64,000 bases of DNA, taken from Candidatus Poribacteria bacterium. GTDB lineage: Bacteria > Poribacteria > WGA-4E > GCA-2687025. Below, one piece after another: positions 48,410-57,793 of the stretch. Positions within the stretch are counted from its first letter, which is position 1; the number at the start of each line of letters is the position of its first letter. The position numbers and the translations under genes are program-made. The stretch lies in assembly GCA_963665845.2 (NCBI GenBank), contig OY762492.1, forward strand, positions 1,888,001 to 1,952,000, read 5' to 3'. Below the pieces are notes generated by a model. It did no database searches. It had not been told where the DNA came from and saw only the letters and a program-made list of their open reading frames with translations.

Positions 48410-49759
48410 TCATGGCGTCCTTCTGTTGAGCCGCTTTGCCGCGTTGTATTTGTCGCCGGCGAATTCGCGCCATTCCGAGACGGTACGCTTGCGCGTCAAG
48501 GCGTAGTCGGGGTCGTTCCATGACGTGGCAAGCTCCGCCGCTTCCTCTTCGGTGATGGGCATTTCGCCCAGTTTGAGCCGCGCCGTCTGCGCCCCTTTGC
48601 CGACCGCCTTCCAGCTTGAGGTCAGGTCTTTGTGCGCGTCGATGATGAGAGCGCCGAACAGATCGTTCACCAGCGTCCAGCGCGCGCCGCCGACATCCGG
48701 GTCGTATTCGATGGCGTTCTGAATTTCAAACGGGTTGCCCTTCACGACGGCTCGGCCGTCCGCCTCGTCGTACAGCTTCGGCAGAACGCTCAATCGGGCA
48801 AGCGTTTCCTTGCGCGGACCTTCAGGGTCGCCCTTCGGCAGTATCAGCAGCTTTTGCCCTTCCGGCGAGAGGCAATGCTCCACAAACAGCTTTGCCAGCT
48901 CCATATTCGGCGCGCCTTTCAGGATCGCGATCGGGTCGGGGTTGATGACGGAGAGTCCGTCCGGCATGACATAGGTCAGCTTGTCTTCCCCTGCTTTGGC
49001 GATCTGGGCGTAGGCGTAAAAGTCGATGACCGGACCGTAAAAGACGCTGCCGCGGGCGACTTCGCCTGGCACATCGCTGGCGCCTTCGGTGAATTGTTTC
49101 ACATTGCCGCCGATTTCATGAAGTATCTGCCAGCCGCGTTTCCATCCGTACGCCTGCAAGATGATTTCGTACACCATATGGGCGCTTCCGCTGTTGCGCG
49201 GGTCGGCGGCGGCGATGCGCCCTATCAGGCGCGGGTCGGTCATATCCTCCCATGTGGCGATGGTCGGCAGCTTGAACCGCTTCACCATCAGATTGTTATA
49301 CATCATGCCGAAGCCGGAGAGAGCGACGCCGTACCACCGCCCTTTTTCGTCATAAACAGGGACGCCGGCGATCTTTTCTCCGATCCGCTCCAACTGCTCT
49401 TTAGGAAGAACATGCGGCTCAAAAAGCCCCTTTTCAGCAAATTCGATGTAGGAGTCGACGCCGCCGCCGAAGAACAGGTCGACGTTGATGCTGTCCGGCG
49501 ACCGCTGAAATTCGGACTGAATGAAACGCTTGATGTTGGAGGTGCCGCCCTGGTCAAGCCATTCGATCTTGACGGAGCGGTTATGCGTCTCGCTCATCCA
49601 TGCGGCGAAGCTGCTGGTGAACTCGTCCAGCATCGCTTCTGGGTGGGGCGAAACGCCCCGCAAGGTTTCTTGGGCGTTTGCGGAGAGCAGGGCGCCGGCA
49701 AAGAGCGCCAGCAGAACGGCGGAGCGAAAAGGTCTATGCATGGAAGCGTCTTTCCTCAT
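48410..49759 (-). CDS. ABC transporter substrate-binding protein (Fe3+/thiamine-like family)
   Basis: Signal peptide; DLFFGGG, ADPRNSGS, PIAILKGAPN. Confidence 0.88.
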   Translation of the reverse strand: MRKDASMHRPFRSAVLLALFAGALLSANAQETLRGVSPHPEAMLDEFTSSFAAWMSETHNRSVKIEWLDQGGTSNIKRFIQSEFQRSPDSINVDLFFGGGVDSYIEFAEKGLFEPHVLPKEQLERIGEKIAGVPVYDEKGRWYGVALSGFGMMYNNLMVKRFKLPTIATWEDMTDPRLIGRIAAADPRNSGSAHMVYEIILQAYGWKRGWQILHEIGGNVKQFTEGASDVPGEVARGSVFYGPVIDFYAYAQIAKAGEDKLTYVMPDGLSVINPDPIAILKGAPNMELAKLFVEHCLSPEGQKLLILPKGDPEGPRKETLARLSVLPKLYDEADGRAVVKGNPFEIQNAIEYDPDVGGARWTLVNDLFGALIIDAHKDLTSSWKAVGKGAQTARLKLGEMPITEEEAAELATSWNDPDYALTRKRTVSEWREFAGDKYNAAKRLNRRTP

Positions 49760-49908
49760 TGAACGGCGGGGCGTATTCGAAAGATGAGAGACGGGTTGAG
49801 AATCAGGTACAGCAGCGCCGCGGCGATGACAAGGTACACGATGGCGCGTATGGTCGCTCTTTTGGCGGCTCGCTGCCGTTCTTCAGGCGTTTTTTGATGT
49901 TGCAGCAT
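49756..49908 (-). CDS. Small single-TM protein (50 aa), not in the ORF track
   Basis: MLQHQKTPEERQRAAKRATIRAIVYLVIAAALLYLILNPSLIFRIRPAVQ; AGAGG RBS; ATGA overlap with the SBP start. Confidence 0.65.
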   Translation of the reverse strand: MLQHQKTPEERQRAAKRATIRAIVYLVIAAALLYLILNPSLIFRIRPAVQ

Positions 49909-50009
49909 GCGCTTGCCTCTTGCGTTTGCGGCGGCGTTGCGGCGGCGTTGCGGTGAAACGCGCGCCTGCGTTTATTGTAGCCGTTTTTTGAACGGGGGGC
50001 AAACGGACG

Positions 50010-50566
50010 CTCCGACCTCATGCTGAAAGTTGGGACAGGCTGAACGACCAAAGCCTTTATCGATGGAAAAACGCGCCGCCAACCGGATCGTCATTCCCGC
50101 GTAAGCGGGAATCCAGAGGCGCCGCAGAAAACGTCCGCACTCACCCAATTGTCCGGCGGCACAAATCGTTCCCCGCTTCCGCGAGGACATGCATTCCCGC
50201 CCTTGCGGTTAAACGTGCGGGAATCTTAGCCGCCGTTGTCGTCTGAACTAGGATTGCCAAGATTGAAAAGATTGCCAGGAGAATTCCTGCAGACCGCTGT
50301 CTTGGCAATCTTAGCAATCCTTCAATCCTAGTTCAAAACCGACGCCAACCCGCGCGCTAAAACCCCCCTAGCCCCCCTTTTCAAGGGGGAATCGGACGCG
50401 CCGCGCCGCGAATATCCCTGTATGGGAGTACTACCCTCCGACCTCATGCTGAAAGTTGGGACAGGCTGAACGACCAAAGCCTTTATCGATGGAAAAACGC
50501 GCCGCCAACCGGATCGCCCCCCGCTTCCGCATGCCGACATGTCTCAACTTAAGACGTGAGATCAGT
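50010..50566. repeat. Composite repeat region containing two copies of a MITE-like left end plus REP, TAGGATT/AATCCTA and CCCCTTTTCAAGGGG modules
   Basis: ~80-bp direct repeat at 50011 and 50437; right end atgtctcaacttaagacgtgagatcagt near 50540-50566. Confidence 0.75.
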
Positions 50567-50574
50567 CCGCTCCC

Positions 50575-50603
50575 TTGAACGCTGCGGGCGGTTAGCGTAT
50601 CAT
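50575..50603 (+). promoter_or_regulatory. sigma-70 promoter
   Basis: TTGAAC-N17-TATCAT upstream of 50648. Confidence 0.55.
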
Positions 50604-50647
50604 AGGCTTAGCCCGCACATCTCATCAGGCGGAAAGGCCGTTCGGAT

Positions 50648-51601
50648 ATGAAACTGTTGAGCTACCATGAACCGGGGCTAGGCGCCCGCATCGGCGTCCT
50701 GACGCGCGACAACGCTGTCATCGACATCTCGACCGACGAAGCGCCCGGCCTCCTAGAGCTGCTGCAGATCTGCGCAGAGGAGCGCGTCAGCCTAAACGTT
50801 CTTGCCGCCGAGATGCAAGAGCGCGCCGCGAACGCCAGAGCGCGCCCCGCGCCATGGGAATCGGAGGAGGCGACGCTGTACGACGCGCTCAACAACCCGC
50901 CGCATCCCGACAGCCGGCATCTGCTGCCGCCGATTCAAGCGCCCGAAGTGTGGGGCTGCGGCGTTACCTACAAGCGCAGCTCCGATATGCGCGACGACGA
51001 CGCCGAAACGGACATCTATTCGCGCGTCTACCATGCCGACCGCCCCGAGATATTTTTCAAGGCGACGGCGCGGAGCGTTGCGGGGCATCTGGGGAAGATC
51101 GGAATACGGCGCGATTCCAAACTCACCGCCGCGGAACCTGAACTGGCGCTGGTTCTCGGCGCCGACGGAAACATCGCCGGGTACACGCTCTGCAACGACG
51201 TCTCGGCGTGGGACATTGAACGGGACAATCCGCTCTATTTGCCCCAGTCTAAAACGTATAACGGGTGCTGCGCGCTGGGGCCGGTTTTCGTTACGCCCGG
51301 CGAAATCGACGACCCGTACGACCTTGAGATTGTCTGCTCGGCGCGAAGAGGGGATGAGGAGCTGTGGAGCGGAAACGTCAACACCAGCCAGATCAACTGG
51401 AAATTTGAACGGCTGATCGAATATCTGTTGAGAGACAACGACTGCCCCGTCGGAACCGTGGTCGCCACCGGAACCGGCATCATCGCCCCGAACGACATAC
51501 CGCTCCAGCATGGCGATATTGTCGACATCCATTGCGAACCGATCGGGACGCTCTCCAACCCCGCCGAGCAATTCAGCGATGAAACGGACTCGCATGCCTA
51601 A
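50648..51601 (+). CDS. Fumarylacetoacetate hydrolase family (2-keto-3-deoxy-pentonate dehydratase-like)
   Basis: EVWGCGVTY, RPEIFFK, EPEL, NDVSAWDIE..NPLYLPQSK. Confidence 0.88.
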   Translation: MKLLSYHEPGLGARIGVLTRDNAVIDISTDEAPGLLELLQICAEERVSLNVLAAEMQERAANARARPAPWESEEATLYDALNNPPHPDSRHLLPPIQAPEVWGCGVTYKRSSDMRDDDAETDIYSRVYHADRPEIFFKATARSVAGHLGKIGIRRDSKLTAAEPELALVLGADGNIAGYTLCNDVSAWDIERDNPLYLPQSKTYNGCCALGPVFVTPGEIDDPYDLEIVCSARRGDEELWSGNVNTSQINWKFERLIEYLLRDNDCPVGTVVATGTGIIAPNDIPLQHGDIVDIHCEPIGTLSNPAEQFSDETDSHA

Positions 51602-53021
51602 ACGCTTTTTCACCTATAAAACGCTTGAAAGCCTGCAAGAAGAGATCGATCGGCTCAACGCGCCTGTCCGTCTTGAAACCGACCTGGAGGCATGTTTTGA
51701 GCCGCTTCCGATACGGCATCGTACCGCCGGAAGCCGCCTCGCCGTTCACCCGATGGAGGGCTGCGACGGAACCGCGGACGGCAAACCGGGCGAATTGACC
51801 ATACGGCGCTGGGAGCGTTTCGGAGCGGGCGGAGCCAAACTGATCTGGGGAGAAGCGACCGCCGTATCGGAGGAGTCCAGGGCGAACAAGCGGCAGCTGC
51901 TCATCAACGACGCGAACCTGTCGGCGCTGGAAGCGATGCTCGTCAAAACGCGGAAGGCGCACCGAGATGTTTTTGGCGCGGACGGCGACCTGCTCGTTGG
52001 GCTTCAGTTGACTCACTCAGGGCGGTACTCCTTTAAAAAGCCGCTCATCGCGCAGCGCGATCCAGACGTGGACGCCGTGACGAGAGGCGTCGCCGACTCT
52101 GAAACCTATCCGATACTGACCGACGAGGAGCTTAAAACGGCGGCTGATCAGATCGTCCATGCGGCGATGATGGCGGCAAAGATCGGCTTCGATTTTGTGG
52201 ACATCAAGCAGTGCCATCGGTATCTGTTGTCAGAGCTGCTGGCGGCGCGCCTGCGTCCAGGACCCTACGGCGGATCGTACGAAAACCGAACGCGCCTCGC
52301 CCGCGAGATCATTCAGCGCGTCAAGGAGAAGATTGGAAAGGATACGCTGATAGGAACGCGCCTGAATGTGTACGACGGCATTCCTTACGGAGAAAATCTG
52401 GACACGAAGGAGGGAGAGCCGAGGCGCGTCTCATCCCCGTATCTCGGCGGATGGGGCGTGGACGCGGAGAACCCGATTCAGCCCGACTATTCCGAGCCGA
52501 TCCGCTACGCTAAAGACCTTGCCGAATGGGGCGTTGACCTCATCAACGCGACGATGGGAAGCCCCTACTACAACCCGCATGTCGGCCGCCCGTTTGAGCG
52601 TCCGCCCATCGACGGCTACACGACGCCTGAACATCCGCTGTTCGGCGTCGTTCGGCACTTTGAGGCGGCGGAAGCGATTCAGCGCGCCGCGCCGAATGTC
52701 CCTGTCATAGGGACCGGCTACAGCTGGCTTCAGCGGTTCTTTATCTATGCGGCGGAGGCGAATATCCGAGACGGGCGCGTCTCGGCGGTCGGCGTCGGGC
52801 GGGGCGGGCTGGCGTATCCCGACTTCGCCGTAGACGCGCGGCGGGACGGCGAGTTGAGCCGTCAAAAGTCATGCGTCGCCGTCAGCTACTGCACGGCTCT
52901 CATGCGCGGCAAGCACAACGAGCTGGGGCAATTCCCGGCGGGCTGCGTCCCGCGCGACAAGATCTACGCCGAAATCTACAAAACGATGCTGGCGACCGAT
53001 CCGTCCAAGGCGGACGGCTAA
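51594..53021 (+). CDS. NADH:flavin oxidoreductase (old yellow enzyme family)
   Basis: HPMEGCDG, QLTHSGR, DIKQCHRYLL, YGGSYENR. Confidence 0.9.
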   Translation: MPKRFFTYKTLESLQEEIDRLNAPVRLETDLEACFEPLPIRHRTAGSRLAVHPMEGCDGTADGKPGELTIRRWERFGAGGAKLIWGEATAVSEESRANKRQLLINDANLSALEAMLVKTRKAHRDVFGADGDLLVGLQLTHSGRYSFKKPLIAQRDPDVDAVTRGVADSETYPILTDEELKTAADQIVHAAMMAAKIGFDFVDIKQCHRYLLSELLAARLRPGPYGGSYENRTRLAREIIQRVKEKIGKDTLIGTRLNVYDGIPYGENLDTKEGEPRRVSSPYLGGWGVDAENPIQPDYSEPIRYAKDLAEWGVDLINATMGSPYYNPHVGRPFERPPIDGYTTPEHPLFGVVRHFEAAEAIQRAAPNVPVIGTGYSWLQRFFIYAAEANIRDGRVSAVGVGRGGLAYPDFAVDARRDGELSRQKSCVAVSYCTALMRGKHNELGQFPAGCVPRDKIYAEIYKTMLATDPSKADG

Positions 53022-53203
53022 TCGCCTGGGCCGGCGACAGCGTATGCATAGACCGCGGCGACCGTCCCGACGATCATGAGCGTGAACCATGCGACGAGCG
53101 GCATGCCCGGTCCCCAGACCGTCACATACGCCATCGCAGAAAAGATGAGCGCGAAGAAAAAGACGCCGTAGATGATCAGTACCGTTTTGACTTTAGTCGT
53201 CAT
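53018..53203 (-). CDS. Small two-TM membrane protein
   Basis: 61 aa, hydrophobic; GGAG RBS; TTGACA-N17-CATCAT upstream. Confidence 0.7.
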   Translation of the reverse strand: MTTKVKTVLIIYGVFFFALIFSAMAYVTVWGPGMPLVAWFTLMIVGTVAAVYAYAVAGPGD

Positions 53204-53275
53204 GGAAACTCCGTAATTCAGCGATCCGCTTTGCTTGTATGATGCGCCTATTCCGCCGCTGTGTCAACATAAACT

Positions 53276-53445
53276 GCTGACCTCGCGCCGAAAGTTGGGA
53301 CATTTGAACCGACGATCGCTCTATTCATGGGAAAAAGGCGCCGCTAACCAAGCCGTCATTCCCGCTTAAGCGGGAATCTAGAGGCGGCACAGAAACCGTC
53401 CGCGTTCGCCCGCCGACATGTCCCAACTAAAGACTCAAGGTCAGC
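53276..53445. mobile_element. MITE-like element with 28-bp imperfect terminal inverted repeats and an internal REP palindrome
   Basis: gctgacctcgcgccgaaagttgggacat ... atgtcccaactaaagactcaaggtcagc (22/28 complementary); related copies at 50.0-50.6 kb. Confidence 0.6.
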
Positions 53446-53453
53446 TGAACTGG

Positions 53454-53482
53454 TTGACATTTTGGATTTGTTCGTTTATGTT
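53454..53482 (+). promoter_or_regulatory. sigma-70 promoter of the tRNA pair
   Basis: TTGACA-N17-TATGTT. Confidence 0.65.
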
Positions 53483-53491
53483 TAAGTCGGC

Positions 53492-53567
53492 GGGGCTGTA
53501 GCTCAGCGGTCAGAGCCTCCGGCTCATAACCGGCAGGTCCCAGGTTCGAATCCTGGCGGCCCCACCA
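53492..53567 (+). tRNA. tRNA with CAT anticodon (probably Ile2/lysidine; otherwise elongator Met)
   Basis: Cloverleaf GGGGCTG/CGGCCCC, anticodon loop CT-CAT-AA, GGTTCGAATCC, encoded CCA. Confidence 0.93.
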
Positions 53568-53574
53568 GCGGAAC

Positions 53575-53649
53575 GGGGCGCTAGCTCAGGGGTAGAGCGC
53601 TATCTTCACACGGTAGATGCCGCTGGTTCAAATCCAGCGCGCCCCACCA
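53575..53649 (+). tRNA. tRNA-Val(CAC)
   Basis: GGGGCGC/GCGCCCC acceptor stem, CTATC-TT-CAC-AC-GGTAG, GGTTCAAATCC, CCA. Confidence 0.95.
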
Positions 53650-53680
53650 TTTCCCGCTGTAGAACTTGAACGGAATCGTC

Positions 53681-54409
53681 ATGTATCTGGAATCATTGAC
53701 GCGGCGGGAGCTGGAGGCGGTCTCGCGCGAATGTGTGGCTATACTGCCCCTCGGAAGCTGCGAACAGCACGGCGCCCATCTCGCCTTCGGCATCGACAAT
53801 CTCATTCTGCGGCGGCTCATTGAGCAAGTGGAAACGCGCCTCTCCGAGCGCGCGCTCTGGCTGCCGATACTCCCGTACGCCCATTCAGGACAGCATCGCG
53901 CCTACCCCGGTACCGTCAGCCTTCCGCCCGCGCTCTACACCGAAGCGGCCGCCGCCGTTCTCGACAGCATGGCGGAGGCGGGCTTCACAAAAGCGCTCCT
54001 GTTGAACGGTCAACGCGGAAACGAAGCGCCGATGGAAATCGTCCTGCGCATCCTGCGGGATCGGCGCGCCGGGTTTGCCGCGGCGGGCGTCTCCTACTGG
54101 AACCTGCTCGACAAAGCGGCTGACGACGGCTTCGTCAACCATGCGGGCGGGCTTGAAACCTCCCTCGCGCTTTTCTTGGCGCCTGAACATGCGCGGATGG
54201 AGCATGCCGCCGCCGACGGGGTGCGGCGCGCCTCCGCCTACTCCGCCAAAACCATCAATTACGCGCGGGTTGATCAGCAGTCGCGCGGCGGCGGACTCGG
54301 CGACCCAGAAAACGCCTCCGCCGAACTGGGCAAGAAGGCGTTTCATGAAGCCGCCGAACGGCTCGCGGAGCTGATCAACGACCTGCATGACGGACTGATC
54401 GCGTTGTAG
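53681..54409 (+). CDS. Creatininase family protein
   Basis: PLGSCEQHGAHL...D, PGT, NG..GN, HAG..ETS. Confidence 0.88.
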   Translation: MYLESLTRRELEAVSRECVAILPLGSCEQHGAHLAFGIDNLILRRLIEQVETRLSERALWLPILPYAHSGQHRAYPGTVSLPPALYTEAAAAVLDSMAEAGFTKALLLNGQRGNEAPMEIVLRILRDRRAGFAAAGVSYWNLLDKAADDGFVNHAGGLETSLALFLAPEHARMEHAAADGVRRASAYSAKTINYARVDQQSRGGGLGDPENASAELGKKAFHEAAERLAELINDLHDGLIAL

Positions 54410-54433
54410 ACCGCGTTGTAGAAGGAGAGCCGC

Positions 54434-55861
54434 ATGCCGCTCTTGAGCGCGCCGACGCCCCAGCTGACGGAAGCGCAGCTGTGCCAAACTTGGCTGCGCC
54501 CGGGTCTTCTGCGTTCGCCGCTGCGCTCTATCGACGGGCGAATCATTGAGCGGATCGACCCAGGGCGTTGGAACTTGGGCGACGGACCCGATTTTTTAGG
54601 CGCGTCGCTCAAGATCGACGGCGCGCTGAAACGGGGCGATGTGGAGTTTCATCTCAACAGCGGCGACTGGACAATTCATCGCCACCATCTGGACGCGCGG
54701 TATGAGCGGGTCGCGCTGCATGCGGCGCTGAATCATACGGGCGGCGGGCTGTATGTGCGCGACTCAAGCCTGCGGCCGGTGCCGATTGTGGAGCTGCGCT
54801 CGCAGTTGACCTTTCCGCTAGGGGAGCTGCCGCGCATGCTGGAGATCTCCCCAGAAACGCGCGAATGCCCCCTGCCGGACGGCGACCCGCCGACCGAGGC
54901 GCGCCTTGACCATATCGAAACGATGGCGGACATACGGCTGCTGCGGCGCGTGGAGAAGATGGAGGAGCTGGCGAACGCCTACTCTCTGGAGGAGGCGTTT
55001 TATCAGGCGCTGGGGGACGCGCTCGGATATTCGGAGAACCGCGCGGGGTTTGCGAAGTTGACCCACCGCGTTCCGCTGCGTTCGCTGATAGGGCTGCCGC
55101 CGCTGGAGATCGAAGCGCGTCTGCTTGGGACGGCGGGGCTGATTCCGCCGCCTGAAACGGACGAGCGGGCGGCGCTGCTGCGTCGGCTCTGGGCGGCGTA
55201 CCGCAAGACTCGACCGAACCCGCGCATGGGCGCGATGTCGCGTCAGGAATGGCGGTTCGCCCCTGTCCGCAGAGGCAACGCCCCGACCCGGCGGGTTGCG
55301 GCTTTGGCGGCGTTGACGGCGCGGCATGCCGACCGTCCGGGAAGCATGCTGGACGGCATGATCAAAGAAGCGGCGCAGGGCGTTCCAAGCCGCGGATGGC
55401 GCCGGCGCTGGGAGTACTTTTCGGCGAGATGCGGCGGTCAAGGAGACGACTACTGGGCGGAACATGACGAGATCGGCAAGCCGTCCAAGCGCCGTTCGCT
55501 CCGTCTGGTGGGCGAATCGCGCGCGCGGGACATCTGGATCAACGCGGCGCTGCCGGCTCTCGTCTTGACGGCGGAACGGCGCGGAGACGAACCGCTTCGG
55601 GAACGCGCCTTTCAGCTTTACCGCGGACATCCGCCGCTGCAATCAAATTACAAAACGCGCTGGATCGCCGAAAACGCGCTGCGCCTGCCTGCAGGTTCCG
55701 ACAAGCGCATGACAGCGCGCCAGCAGCAGGGCGCCATCGACCTGTATTCGTTGTTTTGCCGCCCTCGGCGGTGCGCGGAATGTCCGCTACTCGGCGCGAG
55801 AAGCCCTGCGGCGGTCCATGTAGAGAATCAGGCGCAGTATGTGATTGAGCGTCAGATGTAG
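54434..55861 (+). CDS. DUF2851-like protein
   Basis: PGRWN..GPDF...GDVEFH....W..H.HH.D..Y; LGY..N; P.RR; C-terminal C...C..C. Confidence 0.8.
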   Translation: MPLLSAPTPQLTEAQLCQTWLRPGLLRSPLRSIDGRIIERIDPGRWNLGDGPDFLGASLKIDGALKRGDVEFHLNSGDWTIHRHHLDARYERVALHAALNHTGGGLYVRDSSLRPVPIVELRSQLTFPLGELPRMLEISPETRECPLPDGDPPTEARLDHIETMADIRLLRRVEKMEELANAYSLEEAFYQALGDALGYSENRAGFAKLTHRVPLRSLIGLPPLEIEARLLGTAGLIPPPETDERAALLRRLWAAYRKTRPNPRMGAMSRQEWRFAPVRRGNAPTRRVAALAALTARHADRPGSMLDGMIKEAAQGVPSRGWRRRWEYFSARCGGQGDDYWAEHDEIGKPSKRRSLRLVGESRARDIWINAALPALVLTAERRGDEPLRERAFQLYRGHPPLQSNYKTRWIAENALRLPAGSDKRMTARQQQGAIDLYSLFCRPRRCAECPLLGARSPAAVHVENQAQYVIERQM

Positions 55862-56377
55862 ATCCTCCACGACGCCGTAGTCGGAGCTGTCGGCAACGAA
55901 AGCGATGTCGCTGATACGGGCAAGTTCGCCGCCGCCGAAGCCTGTTACGCCGACGACTCGGCATCCCATCGCTTTCGCCAGACGGGCGGCGCGAAGCACA
56001 TTCTCCGACATGCCGCTCGCGCTGATTCCGACAGCCACATCCCCTTCCCGCGCCAGGCTGCGCAGCTGCTCGGCGAAGATGTCCTCATAGCTGAAGTCGT
56101 TTGCCCAGGCGGTGATGAGCGCGTTGTTGTCGGTCAGGCTGACGACGCGGAGAGGCGGTCCGGCGCCGTCATCCTCTTCAACAAGCGTTCCTTTGGCGAG
56201 ATCGCATGCCCAGTGGGAGGCGGTGGAGGCGCTGCCGCCGTTGCCGAACACGAAGACGCATGCGCCTCGTTCGCGCGCGTCTATGAGCGTTTCGGCGATC
56301 TCTTGAACCGTTTCTTTTGAGACGGCATTCAGCGCGTTTTGCAGGTCGTTCAGATAGGAATTGATCAGTTCAATCAC
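55787..56377 (-). CDS. gmhA: Phosphoheptose isomerase (SIS domain)
   Basis: FGNGGSASTASH, TAWAND..Y..IF..Q, SASG.SENV, EDLH. Confidence 0.85.
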   Translation of the reverse strand: MIELINSYLNDLQNALNAVSKETVQEIAETLIDARERGACVFVFGNGGSASTASHWACDLAKGTLVEEDDGAGPPLRVVSLTDNNALITAWANDFSYEDIFAEQLRSLAREGDVAVGISASGMSENVLRAARLAKAMGCRVVGVTGFGGGELARISDIAFVADSSDYGVVEDLHLTLNHILRLILYMDRRRASRAE

Positions 56378-57080
56378 GTATTTTTGCCGCCCTTTTTGCT
56401 AAATCTTTGGCGTCTTGGATGCCTTGCGCAGCTTTGCCGCTGTCGTATCGCAGGGAGAAGACAACCGCTTTTCCGCTGAATCGATAGGCGGCTCCGATGC
56501 GCAGCCCTTCCTCATACTGCCGCTCCAGTCCGATCAGAAACTCGCCGCCGTCCCATTCGGCGAGGGCGCGCAGGTCGCTGTTGAAGGCGAACCATTTTTT
56601 TTCAAACGATCCGAACGGGCGCGTTCTATCCTCCCCCTCCTCCTCCGAAAGCCGATGGCGGACGCCGGCGCTGCATCGGAAAAAGCCGGCGGAGGGCAGG
56701 TTCAGCTCTTTTGTCAGTACCGCATGCGCCTCTGCCGGCGCATGTTCCGCCCCGATGAAAGCGGCGCCGACCGCAACCGCGGGAACGGCGCCGCTTTCTT
56801 GAATCAACTGAAGGCGCGCGTTCCAGTGAAGTTTCTCCCGCTCATCCCAGACCGCTCCGATCAGCATCCATGGGAACGCGCCCGCTTCAAAGGCGGCTCC
56901 CGCCTCATTTCGTTCAAAAGGGGAAACGACGCTGTAACTGCCGATAACGCCAAACGCGCACACCCCCTGCCGCATCGTTTCGGCGGTTGGCGTGGAGACG
57001 GCTCCCGCGCCCTGAAAGTAGCTCTGGGCGGACGCCGCGAAGGCGGAGAGCGCCAGAAGCAGACAAAGCGCCGCTCTCAT
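56370..57080 (-). CDS. Exported protein, YjbH-like putative beta-barrel
   Basis: Signal peptide; G...TPTA, PAVAVG, AEWDG. Confidence 0.6.
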   Translation of the reverse strand: MRAALCLLLALSAFAASAQSYFQGAGAVSTPTAETMRQGVCAFGVIGSYSVVSPFERNEAGAAFEAGAFPWMLIGAVWDEREKLHWNARLQLIQESGAVPAVAVGAAFIGAEHAPAEAHAVLTKELNLPSAGFFRCSAGVRHRLSEEEGEDRTRPFGSFEKKWFAFNSDLRALAEWDGGEFLIGLERQYEEGLRIGAAYRFSGKAVVFSLRYDSGKAAQGIQDAKDLAKRAAKIRD

Positions 57081-57793
57081 TCGCCTCCCCCAAGATAGGC
57101 GTTCTGAATGCTCGGATCGTTCAGCAGCTCCTTGGCGCCCCCCTCCATTGCGAGCCGCCCCGTTTCCATGACATAGGCGCGCTGGGCGGTTTCCAGCGCC
57201 ATCTTGGCGTTCTGTTCAACAAGCAGAATGGTGGATCCGCTTTGTTGAAGCCGCTCAATGATCTCGAAGATCTGTTTCACAAGAAGCGGAGCCAGTCCCA
57301 GCGAAGGCTCGTCTAAAAGCAGGAGGCGCGGTTTCGCCATGAGCGCCCTGCCGATGGCGCACATCTGCTGCTCGCCGCCGGAGAGGCTCCCGGCGGGCTG
57401 CTTCCTCCGCTCTTTGAGGCGCGGAAACAGCTCAAACACATACTCCATGTCGTCGCGCGTCTCCTGCCCTTTTTTGCGGAGATAGGCGCCCATCTCCAGA
57501 TTCTCGGCGACGGTCAGCTCCGAGAACAGCTTGCGCCCTTCAGGAACCTGCGACAGCCCAAGCCGCACCACATCTTTTGTCGGGCGGTTCGCAATCTCCT
57601 GCCCGTCCAGAAGGATGGAGCCGCCTGTGACGCGCACGATGCCGCAAATAGCGTTCAGCGTCGTCGTTTTTCCGGCTCCGTTGGCGCCGATGATCGTTAC
57701 GATCTCTCCCTGTTCAACGCTGATGTTGATACCATGCAGCGCCTCCAGGCGTCCGTAGGCGGCGCGCGCGTCTTTCAGTTCAAGAAGGGGCAT
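57077..57793 (-). CDS. livF: Branched-chain amino acid ABC transporter ATPase
   Basis: GANGAGKT, VPEGR, LSGGEQQM, DEPSLGLAP, VEQN. Confidence 0.93.
   Translation of the reverse strand: MPLLELKDARAAYGRLEALHGINISVEQGEIVTIIGANGAGKTTTLNAICGIVRVTGGSILLDGQEIANRPTKDVVRLGLSQVPEGRKLFSELTVAENLEMGAYLRKKGQETRDDMEYVFELFPRLKERRKQPAGSLSGGEQQMCAIGRALMAKPRLLLLDEPSLGLAPLLVKQIFEIIERLQQSGSTILLVEQNAKMALETAQRAYVMETGRLAMEGGAKELLNDPSIQNAYLGGGE

Noticed and set aside
53492-53649. tRNA genes as an integration site for an island
   Set aside because: No integrase and no duplicated tRNA 3' end found in the window.
55787-55861. 75-bp convergent overlap of the DUF2851-like gene and gmhA
   Set aside because: Both conserved domains end before the overlap; most likely simple stop-codon drift.
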